Assembly (NCBI GenBank): GCA_965249275.1
Contig: CBDFLQ010000005.1
Span: 96,001 to 160,000, forward strand
Origin: Dehalococcoidia bacterium
GTDB lineage: Bacteria > Chloroflexota > Dehalococcoidia > Plut-88900
Direction: 5' to 3'
DNA: 64,000 bases
Under the pieces are notes generated by a model, which ran no database searches, was not told where the DNA came from, and saw only the letters and a list, made by a program, of their open reading frames with translations. Below, in pieces: positions 18,424 to 28,905 of this stretch (within the stretch, counting starts at the first letter, position 1; every line of letters begins with the position of its first letter). The translations under genes were made by a program, and so were the position numbers.

Positions 18424-19209
18424 TTGAAGATACTGGTCACCAACGACGACGGCATATCCTCCCCTGGCCTCTGGGCCCTCGCCGAAAGCCTTAAAGAGAT
18501 TGGCGAGGTCGTAGTCGTCGCCCCAGACAGGCAGCAGAGCGGCGTCGGGAGCTCCGTGACCCTGCACCACGCCGTACGCATGGCCCCGACTATGTTCAAC
18601 CGAGACGGCATCAAGTCCTACGCCGTCGAGGGCACACCCGGCGACAGCGTCATCCTCGCCACCGAGAAGCTGGTCGAAGGGAAGATAGACCTGCTCGTCT
18701 CCGGCATCAACACGGGCTCCAACCTGGGGAATGACGTATTCGTTTCAGGCACAGTCGGGGCGGCTCTTCATGGTTTCTTCCGAGGCATCCCCTCACTCGC
18801 AGTCTCCGTTACCGCTCTCTACGACGTTCACTTCCCGGTCGCCGCCCGCATGGCCTATCTCATCGCCGCCAAGGCCCGGGACGGCAAGCTCCCGCCCCGA
18901 GCCCTCATCAACGTCAACGTCCCCAACAAGCCCCTGGACCAGTTGAAGGGCGTAAAGGTCACCCGCCTCGCCGACGGCTCCTACACTGAGGTCGTCGAGG
19001 AGGGTAACGACCCCCGGCGCCTCCACTACTGGATCAACCGCACGAGGCCCAACTGGACCATCCAGCCCGGCACCGACATCTGGGCCGTCTCCAACGACTA
19101 CATCTCCATCACTCCCCTCCAGAACGACGTCACCGCCCACTCTTCCCTCCCGGATGTCACCGGCCTCGCCGAGAACATGTTCCAAGACCTGACAAACGGC
19201 CTAGAATAG
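18424..19209 (+). CDS. surE: 5'/3'-nucleotidase SurE
   Basis: ILVTNDDG, GTPGD, SGINTGSN, SGTVGAA. Confidence 0.96.
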   Translation: MKILVTNDDGISSPGLWALAESLKEIGEVVVVAPDRQQSGVGSSVTLHHAVRMAPTMFNRDGIKSYAVEGTPGDSVILATEKLVEGKIDLLVSGINTGSNLGNDVFVSGTVGAALHGFFRGIPSLAVSVTALYDVHFPVAARMAYLIAAKARDGKLPPRALINVNVPNKPLDQLKGVKVTRLADGSYTEVVEEGNDPRRLHYWINRTRPNWTIQPGTDIWAVSNDYISITPLQNDVTAHSSLPDVTGLAENMFQDLTNGLE

Positions 19210-19283
19210 TAGGGTCCGGAATCCAGGGCGGGATCGGGGGACTGTCTTATCCCCTCTCCCTCGATGGGAGAGGGGACTGGCCC

Positions 19284-20584
19284 GGTACAGACCGGGCAGA
19301 AAGGTAACACATAAACCGGGGACATGGGTAACACATCGTGGGATTGTATTAGGCAATCCCAGAGGAGGAAGATGTGTTGCCTTGGAAAGACACGAGCATA
19401 GAATCGGAGCGGTTGCAGTTCATCGAGCGTCACACTGCGGGAGAGGAGACTATTGCTGAGCTGTGCCGCCGGTCCGGGATCAGCCGCAAGACGGGCTACA
19501 AGATAATCGGCCGATACGAGGCGTATGGTGAGGACGGTCTACTTGACCTAAGCCGGGCTCCTCACAGCCATCCCAACGCCACTTCCATAGAGGTGGCTAA
19601 GCGTATCATCGAGGCGAAGCGCACCCATCCCACATGGGGCCCGAAGAAGATCGTCGCCTGGTTGCATTCCATCGAGCCCTACGTGCCCTGGCCTTCCTCC
19701 AGTACTGCGGGCGCCATACTGGACCGTGTGGGTCTGGTGAGGCGGCGCAAGCGGCGGCGCAGGGCTACACGCTGGGGCGAGCCCTTCGCCCACGCCCGGC
19801 ACCCCAATGACGTGTGGGCCATCGACCTGAAGGGCTGGTTCCGCACGGATGACGGAATGCGGATAGACCCCCTTACAGCCCAGGACGCCATGTCCCGCTA
19901 CTTACTGGTATGCGACCCTCTCGACCGCCCTGCCGGCCCGGAAGTCAAGCGCTCTCTGGAGAGAACCTTCCGAGAGTACGGCATCCCTCGGGCCATACGC
20001 ACCGACAATGGTCCGCCCTTCGCCAGTGTGGGTCTGGGCAGCCTCTCACCACTCTCAGCATGGTGGGTCAAGCTCGGGATCGTACCCGAACGCATAGAGC
20101 CCGGTCACCCCGAACAGAATGGACGCATCGAGCGCCTTCACCGGACCCTCAAGGCCGAGACCGCAACACCTCCAAAGGCCAACTGGAGACGACAACGCAG
20201 AGCCCTCGAACGCTTCAGACACACCTACAACTTCGAGAGGCCACATGAGGCCCTGGGGCAGCAACCACCAAGCCGGCTGTACACGCCCTCGATCAGACCC
20301 TATCCCACACGTATCAGCTCGCCCGAGTACAACGCCGGTGTCACCGTACGTAGTGTCCGCAGCAACGGACAGATCAAGTGGAAGGGAGATATGCTCTACG
20401 TGAGCGAGTCCCTCAAGGGCGAACCCATCGGCCTGGTCCAGATAGACGAACGAACCTGGTCCATACAGTTCGGGCCACTCATCATCGGACTCCTTGATGA
20501 CCCCACCAGAAGGGTCGACAAAACCCCAGTCAAAGTGTTACCTATGTCCTCGGTCTAACTGTTACCCATGTCCCCGGTCGTACA
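19284..20584 (+). mobile_element. IS481-family insertion sequence
   Basis: Right end ...CCCCGGTCGTACA; repeated (ACC)GGGGACATGGGTAACA subterminal motifs inverted at both ends; left terminus degenerate. Confidence 0.85.
19374..20558 (+). CDS. IS481-family transposase (rve integrase core)
   Basis: HTH (ISRKTGYK), WAIDLKG, RTDNGPPF, PEQNGRIERLHRTLK. Confidence 0.94.
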   Translation: MLPWKDTSIESERLQFIERHTAGEETIAELCRRSGISRKTGYKIIGRYEAYGEDGLLDLSRAPHSHPNATSIEVAKRIIEAKRTHPTWGPKKIVAWLHSIEPYVPWPSSSTAGAILDRVGLVRRRKRRRRATRWGEPFAHARHPNDVWAIDLKGWFRTDDGMRIDPLTAQDAMSRYLLVCDPLDRPAGPEVKRSLERTFREYGIPRAIRTDNGPPFASVGLGSLSPLSAWWVKLGIVPERIEPGHPEQNGRIERLHRTLKAETATPPKANWRRQRRALERFRHTYNFERPHEALGQQPPSRLYTPSIRPYPTRISSPEYNAGVTVRSVRSNGQIKWKGDMLYVSESLKGEPIGLVQIDERTWSIQFGPLIIGLLDDPTRRVDKTPVKVLPMSSV

Positions 20585-20652
20585 GTGAGGGTGATTTTGA
20601 CGCGATAATGGAACTGGCGAGAGGTTTATAAGGACTATCTGGAGGTACAACC

Positions 20653-21135
20653 ATGAACCCCGAAATTGAAGGCTACGCCCACTTCATAGACAAGCTGCTG
20701 AAGAAAGCCGACGAACACGCCGCTTCCCTCTCCACCGACGCCCTCAACTGGGAACCCCTGGACGCCGACACCAACTCCGTAGCGGCCATCGCCGCCCACA
20801 TGTGCGGCGTCGTCCGATGGTGGGTGGCACAGGGTTTGACGGGCAAAGAAGTAGGCCGGCAGCGGGACACCGAGTTCGTCGCCCAAGTCGACGCCAACGG
20901 TGAGATCGACTTCTGGGGCGCCCGCAGGACCATCGCCGACGTCATCTCCGAGACCCGGTCCATCGCCGCCGACGTCCTCGCCAACCTCGACCCTGCCTCC
21001 CTCACCGAGCAGAGCGCCGTCGACACCCTGGGCCCCCGAATCAAAAGGTGGACCCTAGTCCACACCATCGACGAGCTTTCCCAGCACATCGGTCACATGG
21101 AACTAACCATCCAGCTCTACAACGCCCGGGCCTAG
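20653..21135 (+). CDS. DinB-superfamily protein
   Basis: NSVAAIAAHM...HTIDELSQHIGHMEL metal-binding residues; GGAGG RBS. Confidence 0.85.
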   Translation: MNPEIEGYAHFIDKLLKKADEHAASLSTDALNWEPLDADTNSVAAIAAHMCGVVRWWVAQGLTGKEVGRQRDTEFVAQVDANGEIDFWGARRTIADVISETRSIAADVLANLDPASLTEQSAVDTLGPRIKRWTLVHTIDELSQHIGHMELTIQLYNARA

Positions 21136-21453
21136 GCACTCCTGTACCGTCATTCCGCCCCTTTCTCCGTCATTCCCGACTCCGACCGGGAATCCAGGGG
21201 CCGGGATTCCGCTCGCCCTGAGCAGGGTCGAAGGGTCTCAAGAGCGGAATGGGCGGGGCGGCCTTATCCCCTCACCCTCGATGGGTCGCAGATGCGCCGA
21301 GGCGTAAGAGGGCTAGGGTCGAAGACTCGCCGGGGAGAGCCGTAGGCTCGCTGAGGAGAGTGAGGGTGATCTTCCCAAATGTGACACGACCCGATTGACG
21401 GGCTGGTGCGCAGGTGCTAGATTATTTTCCGCCCTGCCCCGACGGTAATTCTC

Positions 21454-21529
21454 GGCAACGTAGCTCAGCGGTTAGAGCGGGGTCTTCATAAGGCCTAGGT
21501 CGCTGGTTCGAACCCAGCCGTTGCCACCA
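21454..21529 (+). tRNA. tRNA-Met(CAT), elongator type
   Basis: GGCAACG acceptor (paired 1:72), loop TTCATAA, CCA; tRNA-Ile2 not fully excluded. Confidence 0.9.
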
Positions 21530-21617
21530 AGTTCCTCATCCCATGTTTTGAGCATTTGCGACCCATGCTGGGCGTACATGTGTGCTATACTGCCTATTAG
21601 CTCCTCCACCCTAGCAA

Positions 21618-23090
21618 ATGAGGCAACCCAACTACATGGTCACAGAACAAAACACTGCTTTAGCCGCTCAAAATTCAGTGCCTCTTAAGCTCGACGAGCC
21701 ACAGGCTGATGCCGAGAACCCCTGGGGAGACGACCTTCTTGGTCGACAACGTATCGCCACACGGCTCACCAATCTTATCGCAACCCAAAAGCCACCGTTG
21801 ACAATTAGCCTTCATGGCCAATGGGGAACCGGAAAGACTTTTGTGCTCACGCGTTGGCAGAAAGCCCTGGTAAGGAAGAACTATCAGGCCATCTACTTCA
21901 ATGCGTGGGAAGATGACTTCAGTGATGACCCTTTGCTGGCCATAATCGGCCAGCTAGCAGATTACTTCAGCGAAGGCAACCTCAAAGAAACCTTACAAAA
22001 GGCGACCCAGAGTATCATCCCATTGCTCCTAAGTAATGCTTCCAGTCTTCTGAATCAGTTTACAGGATTGACAACCGAATTCGACCACAACTCGCCTACA
22101 AAGGGCGACCTACTCAAAGAGTATCGTCACCAACGCACTACCAAGGATCAACTTAAGGGGAATCTTCAAAGATTGGCTGCAGAGGTATATGACGATAGCA
22201 AGCATCCCTTGGTCTTCATCATTGATGAACTCGACAGATGCCGGCCTACCTTTGCCATTGAACTATTGGAGCGAGTTAAGCACATATTTGATGTGCCAAA
22301 CATGGTGTTCGTGTTTGGCCTTAACCATGATGAACTCTGCAATTCATTGGCATCTGTTTATGGAAACATCGAAACAGACGTTTACCTGAGGCGTTTTTTT
22401 GATTTTGAGTTCAATCTCCCTGAATCTGATTCACAGGTTTTTGCTTTACATTTGATTGATACGTTTAAAATTGGCGATGCGTTCAAGCAACTTGGAGACG
22501 TGAGTGGCAGCAGGGTACACATGGCCGACTACAATAACTTTAGGAGGGTTTTCCCCGAGCTTTGGAATGCCTTGGGCCTTTCACTACGTGATATCCGCTA
22601 CGGTATACAGCTACTTGCCCTCCTTACAAGTAATGTTCCTGCAGGCATGTTCACGCATCCGTACTTGCTTGCTGTCCTGATAGGAATAAAATTCACGAAT
22701 CCTGATTTCTATCATAAGTTGGTCGGTGGAAACTTTCAGGCTAGCGAAATCATGGATTTCATCGACGGCATTGTGCAGCGAAACTCGCTCACAGGGAGTG
22801 TGACGGCCCATTTAGACCGAATAGAGGGCTTCCTTTATTGTGCCGACAATACAAATCGCGATGACCAGATGAGCGGAGAGAATGCGTATACTGAACTCAT
22901 ACGTTTGCGCCAGGGTGACGTTGAATCAGGGTTTCAAGTTATCTCGAAAAGGGCTCAGGTCGCTGAGCCTGAGCAAATCAGTCGAATAATTCGAGGAATT
23001 GAGGCTAGCCACGAACTAGATGTTACAAACAAGACTTTCGCTAATTTAGCGCCTTTCATTGATGTATATCAAGCTCAATTGAGACGCTAG
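21618..23090 (+). CDS. KAP-family P-loop NTPase
   Basis: GQWGTGKT, FNAWEDD, FIIDELDRCRP, YLRRFFD; AT-richer than flanks. Confidence 0.9.
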   Translation: MRQPNYMVTEQNTALAAQNSVPLKLDEPQADAENPWGDDLLGRQRIATRLTNLIATQKPPLTISLHGQWGTGKTFVLTRWQKALVRKNYQAIYFNAWEDDFSDDPLLAIIGQLADYFSEGNLKETLQKATQSIIPLLLSNASSLLNQFTGLTTEFDHNSPTKGDLLKEYRHQRTTKDQLKGNLQRLAAEVYDDSKHPLVFIIDELDRCRPTFAIELLERVKHIFDVPNMVFVFGLNHDELCNSLASVYGNIETDVYLRRFFDFEFNLPESDSQVFALHLIDTFKIGDAFKQLGDVSGSRVHMADYNNFRRVFPELWNALGLSLRDIRYGIQLLALLTSNVPAGMFTHPYLLAVLIGIKFTNPDFYHKLVGGNFQASEIMDFIDGIVQRNSLTGSVTAHLDRIEGFLYCADNTNRDDQMSGENAYTELIRLRQGDVESGFQVISKRAQVAEPEQISRIIRGIEASHELDVTNKTFANLAPFIDVYQAQLRR

Positions 23091-23154
23091 ATAGTCGCCT
23101 ATCCCCCCACCCCCCAAGAACTTTTCCCCTAAAACAATCAAAATTCGTGCCTGG

Positions 23155-23577
23155 ATGATCGCAACAATCAAAACCTTCCCCATCATCACACTCCCAGCCC
23201 TCCTCGCCCTGCTGGTAATCGCCTGTGGGAGCGGCGAACCCGATACCTACCGCATAGGCGTCATGGAGTCCCTCACCGGCGCCGGCGAGACCTATGGCAC
23301 GGTCGCCCTCCAGTCCAAGCAGATGGCCCTGGACGAGATCAACGCCGCCGGTGGCATCGATGGTCGCATGCTGGAGTTCGTCGTTGAGGACTCCAAGTGC
23401 AGCGCCCAGGACGCCATCACCGCCTACACTAAGCTCACCAACTTGGACGGTATTAAGATCATCCTCGGCGCCTTGTGCAGCGGCGCGATGCTTGGCGTCG
23501 CCCCCCTCGCCGAGGAGGACGGCGTGGTCCTGTTCTCGGGCCTAGCCAGCAACCCCGACATCGCCAACGCCTTATAG
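23155..23577 (+). pseudogene. Truncated branched-chain amino acid ABC substrate-binding lipoprotein
   Basis: Lipobox VIAC, EINAAGGIDGR, EDSKC; stops at 140 aa, well short of the usual length. Confidence 0.75.
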
Positions 23578-23588
23578 TCCTCAGTGAA

Positions 23589-24362
23589 TTGAAGAAGCTG
23601 CCAAGCAATAAGAGAAACCACAGAAGGCTCCCCACGCGGGGTCAAGACCAAGTCTCCTACAACGGCACCACCCTCGACTACGAAATCCGCCGCAGCCCGC
23701 GGCGCAAGAAGACCGTCGAGATCAGGCTGACTCCCCAGGGAGTCCTCGTGGCCGCCCCATCCAGGGCCTCCGACGACGCGATTCGGGACATCGTGCTCGA
23801 CCGGGCCCCGTGGATCGTCAAAAGGATGTCCGATCTCCCGGAAGAGCCGCTTCCCAGGCGCTTCGTCACCGGCGAGACCCTCCCCTACCTCGGCCGCAAC
23901 GTCGAGATGATCGTCGAGGACGGAGCGACTTCTTCGACCCAAGTCAGCCTCCACCAAGGTAAGTTTCAGGTCTCCGTGCGCCCTACTCTCGATAGAGATG
24001 TGCGCCAAGAGAGCATCCTGCAGGCCTTCGCCGCGTGGTACCGGGCCTGCGCCGAAGACCACATTGCTGAGGAAATGGACCTCTGGTGGCCTCGACTCGG
24101 GGTGGGTGAGAGGTCTCAGGTGATCATCGGGAACCAGCGCAGCCGCTGGGGAAGCTGCACCCCCGACGGCACCCTCCGATTCAGCTGGCGCACCATGATG
24201 CTCCCGCCTCAGGTCATCGAATACATCGTCGTACATGAGCTCGCTCACCTGACCGTAAAGGCCCACTCGACTGAATTCTGGGACTTCGTGTCCCGCGCCC
24301 TCCCGGATGTCAAAGATAGGCGCAAGCTTCTGCGGGAGGTCGGTCCGGCCCTCCCCCTGTAG
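23589..24362 (+). CDS. YgjP/DUF45 (SprT-like) zinc metallopeptidase-family protein
   Basis: RWGSC, YIVVHELAHL..H...FW; likely TTG start at 23589. Confidence 0.88.
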   Translation: MKKLPSNKRNHRRLPTRGQDQVSYNGTTLDYEIRRSPRRKKTVEIRLTPQGVLVAAPSRASDDAIRDIVLDRAPWIVKRMSDLPEEPLPRRFVTGETLPYLGRNVEMIVEDGATSSTQVSLHQGKFQVSVRPTLDRDVRQESILQAFAAWYRACAEDHIAEEMDLWWPRLGVGERSQVIIGNQRSRWGSCTPDGTLRFSWRTMMLPPQVIEYIVVHELAHLTVKAHSTEFWDFVSRALPDVKDRRKLLREVGPALPL

Positions 24363-24416
24363 CCACCAGATTGGCGCGCTATAGCCCGGTTAACCTGTGG
24401 CATAATTTACGTAGCT

Positions 24417-25607
24417 ATGCTCCCTTTACGTCCGGCAACCGCCATCCTTATCCTGTTTGCGACAGTCCTGTTGATCACCCTTTTGGTCGCATGCGGCGGA
24501 CAAACTGCCGACTCCCCCTCCCCGACTCCTGCTCCAATTCCCACACCCACACCGGCTTCAACAGCGCTTCCATCCCCCACCCCACCCCCTTCGCCTAGCC
24601 CACCAGCCGAACCTACGCCCACGCCCATATACGAACGGGCTATGCAGCTCCCCCACGATGAGGGCGTCCATGCCTCTCCCCTCGAGTGGTGGTACTTCAA
24701 CGGTCACGTTGCCACGGAGGGCGGACGGGTATTTAGCTATCACTTCGTGACATTCCAGTCGGTCTTGGCGGATGGATTCACTCCTCGGTTGGCGCAACTC
24801 AGCTGGGCCGACCATGACATGGATCTCCACCTCACCGCGGAGCAGCCCGACCTGCCCATCCTGGAGACCACTTCAGGTGAGTTTGACCTATCTATAGTCG
24901 ACTGGCGCATGAGCGGAGACAGCCAGACATATCATCTCTCGTTCCAGATAGGGGATTACACGGTGGAGCTCGAGGCCGATTCTCGGAAGCCAGCCGTGCT
25001 CCATCACGACACCGGGCTGGTCGACCTGGGCATAGCAGGCAAGACCTATTACTACTCCCGCACAGACCTGGAGACCTCGGGCACGGTATCGGTATCCGGC
25101 GACACCCTTCCCGTGACCGGGGTTTCCTGGTTCGACCATCAGTGGGGAGACTTCTCCACGGCGCAGATCGGCTGGGACTGGCTCAGCCTCAATCTGGACG
25201 ACGGCTCCGACATCATGGTCTCGGTGGTCTGGGAGCAGGCGGAGCGAAAGCATATCGCCGCCTATGGCACCTACGTCCCGCCTGACTCCGCTCCGATACA
25301 CCTGCCGGCCGCCGACATCTCCCTGGAACCCACCGGGACCTGGACCAGCCCCGACACCCAGGGCGTCTACCCCATGGGCTGGAACCTCCTCGTCGACTCC
25401 CTGGACATGGACCTCATTCTGACCCCTGCGATAGAGGAGGCCGAGTTCGCCATCAGCACCTTCATACCCATAATCTACTGGGAGGGAGCCGTGACACCGA
25501 CGGGCAGTAAGGGCGGGATCGATGTATCGGGCAAAGGCTTCGTCGAAATGGTGGGCTACGTCCCGTCGGCGCCTATCGCACCGCCGACCACACCAGCCCA
25601 ACCCTGA
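24417..25607 (+). CDS. AttH/CrtC-like lipocalin-fold lipoprotein
   Basis: LVAC lipobox, Pro/Thr linker, EWWYFNG, YYYS, WFDHQWG, WDW, YWEG. Confidence 0.85.
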   Translation: MLPLRPATAILILFATVLLITLLVACGGQTADSPSPTPAPIPTPTPASTALPSPTPPPSPSPPAEPTPTPIYERAMQLPHDEGVHASPLEWWYFNGHVATEGGRVFSYHFVTFQSVLADGFTPRLAQLSWADHDMDLHLTAEQPDLPILETTSGEFDLSIVDWRMSGDSQTYHLSFQIGDYTVELEADSRKPAVLHHDTGLVDLGIAGKTYYYSRTDLETSGTVSVSGDTLPVTGVSWFDHQWGDFSTAQIGWDWLSLNLDDGSDIMVSVVWEQAERKHIAAYGTYVPPDSAPIHLPAADISLEPTGTWTSPDTQGVYPMGWNLLVDSLDMDLILTPAIEEAEFAISTFIPIIYWEGAVTPTGSKGGIDVSGKGFVEMVGYVPSAPIAPPTTPAQP

Positions 25608-25706
25608 CCGTCGCATCCTCGACAGCACTTACCAATTCGATGATGCAAACCGGATAGAATCGGCCTTAACCTTCGGTTAGTCTTGGCGGGAATCCAGGAG
25701 GCGCCT

Positions 25707-26813
25707 ATGACGACAATGCAGAGACCCTTAGAAAAGGCCCGACTCGACCTCTTGTGGCAAGCCGTCCTCCAACGGGATCCGACCTATGACGGCTCCGTCA
25801 TCTACGCCGTGCGCACCACCGGCATTTACTGTCGCCCCATCTGCCCCAGCCGCCGACCCTATCGAGCCAACGTTAGATTCTTTGCAGATTCCAAAGAGGC
25901 CCAGTCGGCGGGCTATCGAGCCTGCCTGCGCTGCTTCCCAGACCAGCCGCGGCAAGAGAATCGCAATAGCAGCCTCGTGAAACGTGTCTGCCATCAGATC
26001 GACTCTCACCTCGACCAGCACCCCGATGGCCTGCCTTCCCTTGCCCAGTTGAGCCAAGCCGTCGACATCAGCGCTTCCCACCTGCAGCGTGTCTTCAAGA
26101 AGGAAACGGGCCTGACGCCTCGGCAGTACGCGCACACCGGCAGACTGGAGCGCTTCAAGTCCCTGGTCCGGGACGGTAGCCCAGTCTCCGCGGCGATGTT
26201 CGACTCCGGGTTTAGCTCCTCCAGCCGACTCTACGAAGACTCCGACGGCCAATTCGGCATGACCCCCGGCCGATACAGGAGGGGTGGTGCAGGAACGACC
26301 ATCGGATACCTGGTCGCGGAATCGCCACTCGGCTCTCTGCTGGTAGCGGCAACCGGCAAGGGGATCTGCTCCGTGAAGCTAGGGGACGACGCCTCAGTTC
26401 TGCTGAATGACCTGCAGACAGAGTTCCCGGCAGCCGCCTTCCAGGAGGGCGACGAGACCCTGCGGGGTTGGCTTGAATTAGTGCTGGAATACCTGGAAGG
26501 AGAGCGTCTCGGCCTCGATTTGCCCCTCGATATTCAGGCCACGGCCTTTCAACGCCGAGTCTGGCGTATGTTGCAGTCAATCCCCTACGGCGAGACCCGC
26601 TCCTACCAACAGATGGCCCTCGACGTGGGCCTAACCGGCAGTGCCGGCCGGGCCGTCGGCAACGCTTGCGCCTCGAATCCCGTCGCTCTCGTCATCCCCT
26701 GTCATCGTGCGGTGCGAAAGGACGGCTCTCTCGGAGGCTACAGGTGGGGCCTCCATCGTAAAGAGGCCCTTATTGCGATGGAACGTCGTAAGAGTTCCGA
26801 AGACCCCAACTGA
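25707..26813 (+). CDS. ada: Bifunctional regulator / O6-methylguanine-DNA methyltransferase Ada
   Basis: CRPICPSR..RACLRC zinc site, AraC HTH, IPCHRA; AGGAGG RBS. Confidence 0.95.
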   Translation: MTTMQRPLEKARLDLLWQAVLQRDPTYDGSVIYAVRTTGIYCRPICPSRRPYRANVRFFADSKEAQSAGYRACLRCFPDQPRQENRNSSLVKRVCHQIDSHLDQHPDGLPSLAQLSQAVDISASHLQRVFKKETGLTPRQYAHTGRLERFKSLVRDGSPVSAAMFDSGFSSSSRLYEDSDGQFGMTPGRYRRGGAGTTIGYLVAESPLGSLLVAATGKGICSVKLGDDASVLLNDLQTEFPAAAFQEGDETLRGWLELVLEYLEGERLGLDLPLDIQATAFQRRVWRMLQSIPYGETRSYQQMALDVGLTGSAGRAVGNACASNPVALVIPCHRAVRKDGSLGGYRWGLHRKEALIAMERRKSSEDPN

Positions 26814-26855
26814 GCGGCCTCGCCTGTCGATCTGCTGTTTCGACCGGTCTGTAGC

Positions 26856-27566
26856 CTATTGAGTTGGGGGTTGGGTCGCTCCCACCTGACGCAGCCACAG
26901 CGCCACAACCATCGCCAAAAGCGCCATCACCGCCACCCCAATGCTCACAACCGGCCACGGCGACTGCCCCAGCGTTCCCCCCAACTGCGACACCCCCATC
27001 CCGACCATCAGCAGCGCTCCCGTTATACCCAGGCTTCCCCCGGCCACCGCCCCCAGTACCAGCCCCTCGTTTCTCACTACCACGCCCTGCTCCCTGCTCT
27101 CAAGCCGCAGTTCCGCCAACTTCCCCTTCAGCCGCCTAAGATCTGCAGTCCTGTGCAATGCGGTCAGCAGAAGCAGCGACACCAGTAGCAGCAGTGCCAC
27201 CAGGTACTGAGGTATCTCCGTTGTGAACATCGGGTACTTCCAGAACGACAGCCAGTCCACCTGGTTGTATGAAAGGGCCGCAGGCATCTGCGGCGCAAGA
27301 GCCGCGATACACACCAGCCAGAACGACACCCGTTGCATTCCGCGGGCCTGAAACACCCAGTACAGCCCTATCGGTATTCCGAAGATTGCGGCCAGGATCA
27401 GCGAGAACACCGTCGAGCCCCAGTCCTCCCACTCCCGGATCTCCAGTAGCCACTCCCATCCCTTCTCCACGTCCACCGCCGCTCCTCCGGTCTGCCAGAT
27501 CATCCACGCCGCCACCCCAATCAGGTAACCCAACAGCGCCGTCTCCAAAATCCAGAATCTCACCAT
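26856..27566 (-). CDS. Membrane protein (last gene of MoxR operon)
   Basis: ~6 hydrophobic segments; 4 nt from the upstream stop. Confidence 0.75.
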   Translation of the reverse strand: MVRFWILETALLGYLIGVAAWMIWQTGGAAVDVEKGWEWLLEIREWEDWGSTVFSLILAAIFGIPIGLYWVFQARGMQRVSFWLVCIAALAPQMPAALSYNQVDWLSFWKYPMFTTEIPQYLVALLLLVSLLLLTALHRTADLRRLKGKLAELRLESREQGVVVRNEGLVLGAVAGGSLGITGALLMVGMGVSQLGGTLGQSPWPVVSIGVAVMALLAMVVALWLRQVGATQPPTQ

Positions 27567-27570
27567 CGTC

Positions 27571-28905
27571 TCACGCTCCCAGGTAGATATGTTGCATGAG
27601 CGTAGTCGTGAAGTCCTGCTCTGCCGGGTCCCAGGAAACCACCGAAGCCCCTACCTCCCGGATCGGCTTGTACAGCTGCCGGGCTTCCCATCGCATCAGG
27701 TCTTGCGTCCGTGCCTCCATACCCGCTTCCCCTTGCCTGACTCCCGCCGCTTCCACATGCACCACTCTGACCGGGTTCAATCTGCGCGTCCGAGACCTGA
27801 GCGCCACAAGGCGTTTTATCCCCGCAACGAACCCGTCGATGGACTGGGTCTGACTCCCGTCACGAGGGTAGTGAACATCCAACCGGGTAATGGCGTAGAC
27901 CTCCGGCTGAAGCCGGTACAGAAAGCTCTTGCACCACTCCACCGCCGCCGACAGGTCCTGCCTCGCGGGTCCCGGCTGAAGGGTGGTCAGCATATCCGTG
28001 AGACGTTTGAACTGTTTGCGGCCCAGGTCCGGCGTCAGGATATCGTTCGGGGTGTTGTAGATGTACGCCCCCAGCGTGTACCCCTGGGACAGATAGTACT
28101 GGGCTATGCTGCCCGCGGCCTCCACCGCATGGTCTATCAATGATGACAGCGTTGTACCCACTTCCATGTACTCAGCCCCGTCCAGGAAGATCCAGATCGC
28201 CTTACGTCCCTCAGCCTCGTACTGATTTACCAGCAGGGGATTGGCGCTGTAGGAGTTTCGCGCACTCGCCTTCCAGTTGACTATCCGCATAGGGTCGCCG
28301 GGGGAGTAGGGCCTCAGGTCCTTGAAATCGGTTGTGGAGGGACCCAGCGTAGCCACGTCCGTCCTGAAAAAGCGGGTGTACGCCCTCGCACGGACCTCCT
28401 TGACCCGACGCACCGCCTGAATGCGGGGCACCACCGAAAACTCCTGCGTTTCGCCCGCCGTGCCGCGGTTCCGGCGTTGAAGCCCCAGAGCGCCCTCCGT
28501 GTCCCACGACGTCTCTCCCAGCTCGTACAGTCCTCTCTTCGGGCAAAGGAACTCATAGGAAAGGTCGTAGGTCTTGGGGCCGGGCCACTTCCACACCGCC
28601 CGGAAGTTGTTGCCCTCTACTACCTCCATTTCCGCGGGAAGCTCATCGTGCACGTACAAAGTTCCGAGCCCCGATCTCACGTGCACCCTGCGCCGCACCT
28701 CCAGCCTGTCCCCCGCCCAGCACACCAGGCGCGTCATTTCTCGCTCTACCTCAATCCCTCCCGGGGGTGTCAGCAGAGTGCCCAGCAGGACTATGAGAAG
28801 CACGAATACCGAGCCCGCAAGCAGGATAGGGTTCCCGAACACCAGGGCCAGGGCCAGCAGAAGGAAGGCCAGCGCCAGCCACCGGGCTGGCAGCGCAGAG
28901 AGCAT
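27571..28905 (-). CDS. DUF58 domain protein
   Basis: LRPYSPGDPMRIVNWKASAR; N-terminal TM helices. Confidence 0.9.
   Translation of the reverse strand: MLSALPARWLALAFLLLALALVFGNPILLAGSVFVLLIVLLGTLLTPPGGIEVEREMTRLVCWAGDRLEVRRRVHVRSGLGTLYVHDELPAEMEVVEGNNFRAVWKWPGPKTYDLSYEFLCPKRGLYELGETSWDTEGALGLQRRNRGTAGETQEFSVVPRIQAVRRVKEVRARAYTRFFRTDVATLGPSTTDFKDLRPYSPGDPMRIVNWKASARNSYSANPLLVNQYEAEGRKAIWIFLDGAEYMEVGTTLSSLIDHAVEAAGSIAQYYLSQGYTLGAYIYNTPNDILTPDLGRKQFKRLTDMLTTLQPGPARQDLSAAVEWCKSFLYRLQPEVYAITRLDVHYPRDGSQTQSIDGFVAGIKRLVALRSRTRRLNPVRVVHVEAAGVRQGEAGMEARTQDLMRWEARQLYKPIREVGASVVSWDPAEQDFTTTLMQHIYLGA

Noticed and set aside
21574-21591. LexA box upstream of the KAP NTPase (GTAC-ATGT-GTGC)
   Set aside because: One half-site is degenerate and there is no properly spaced -35, so it is too weak to call.
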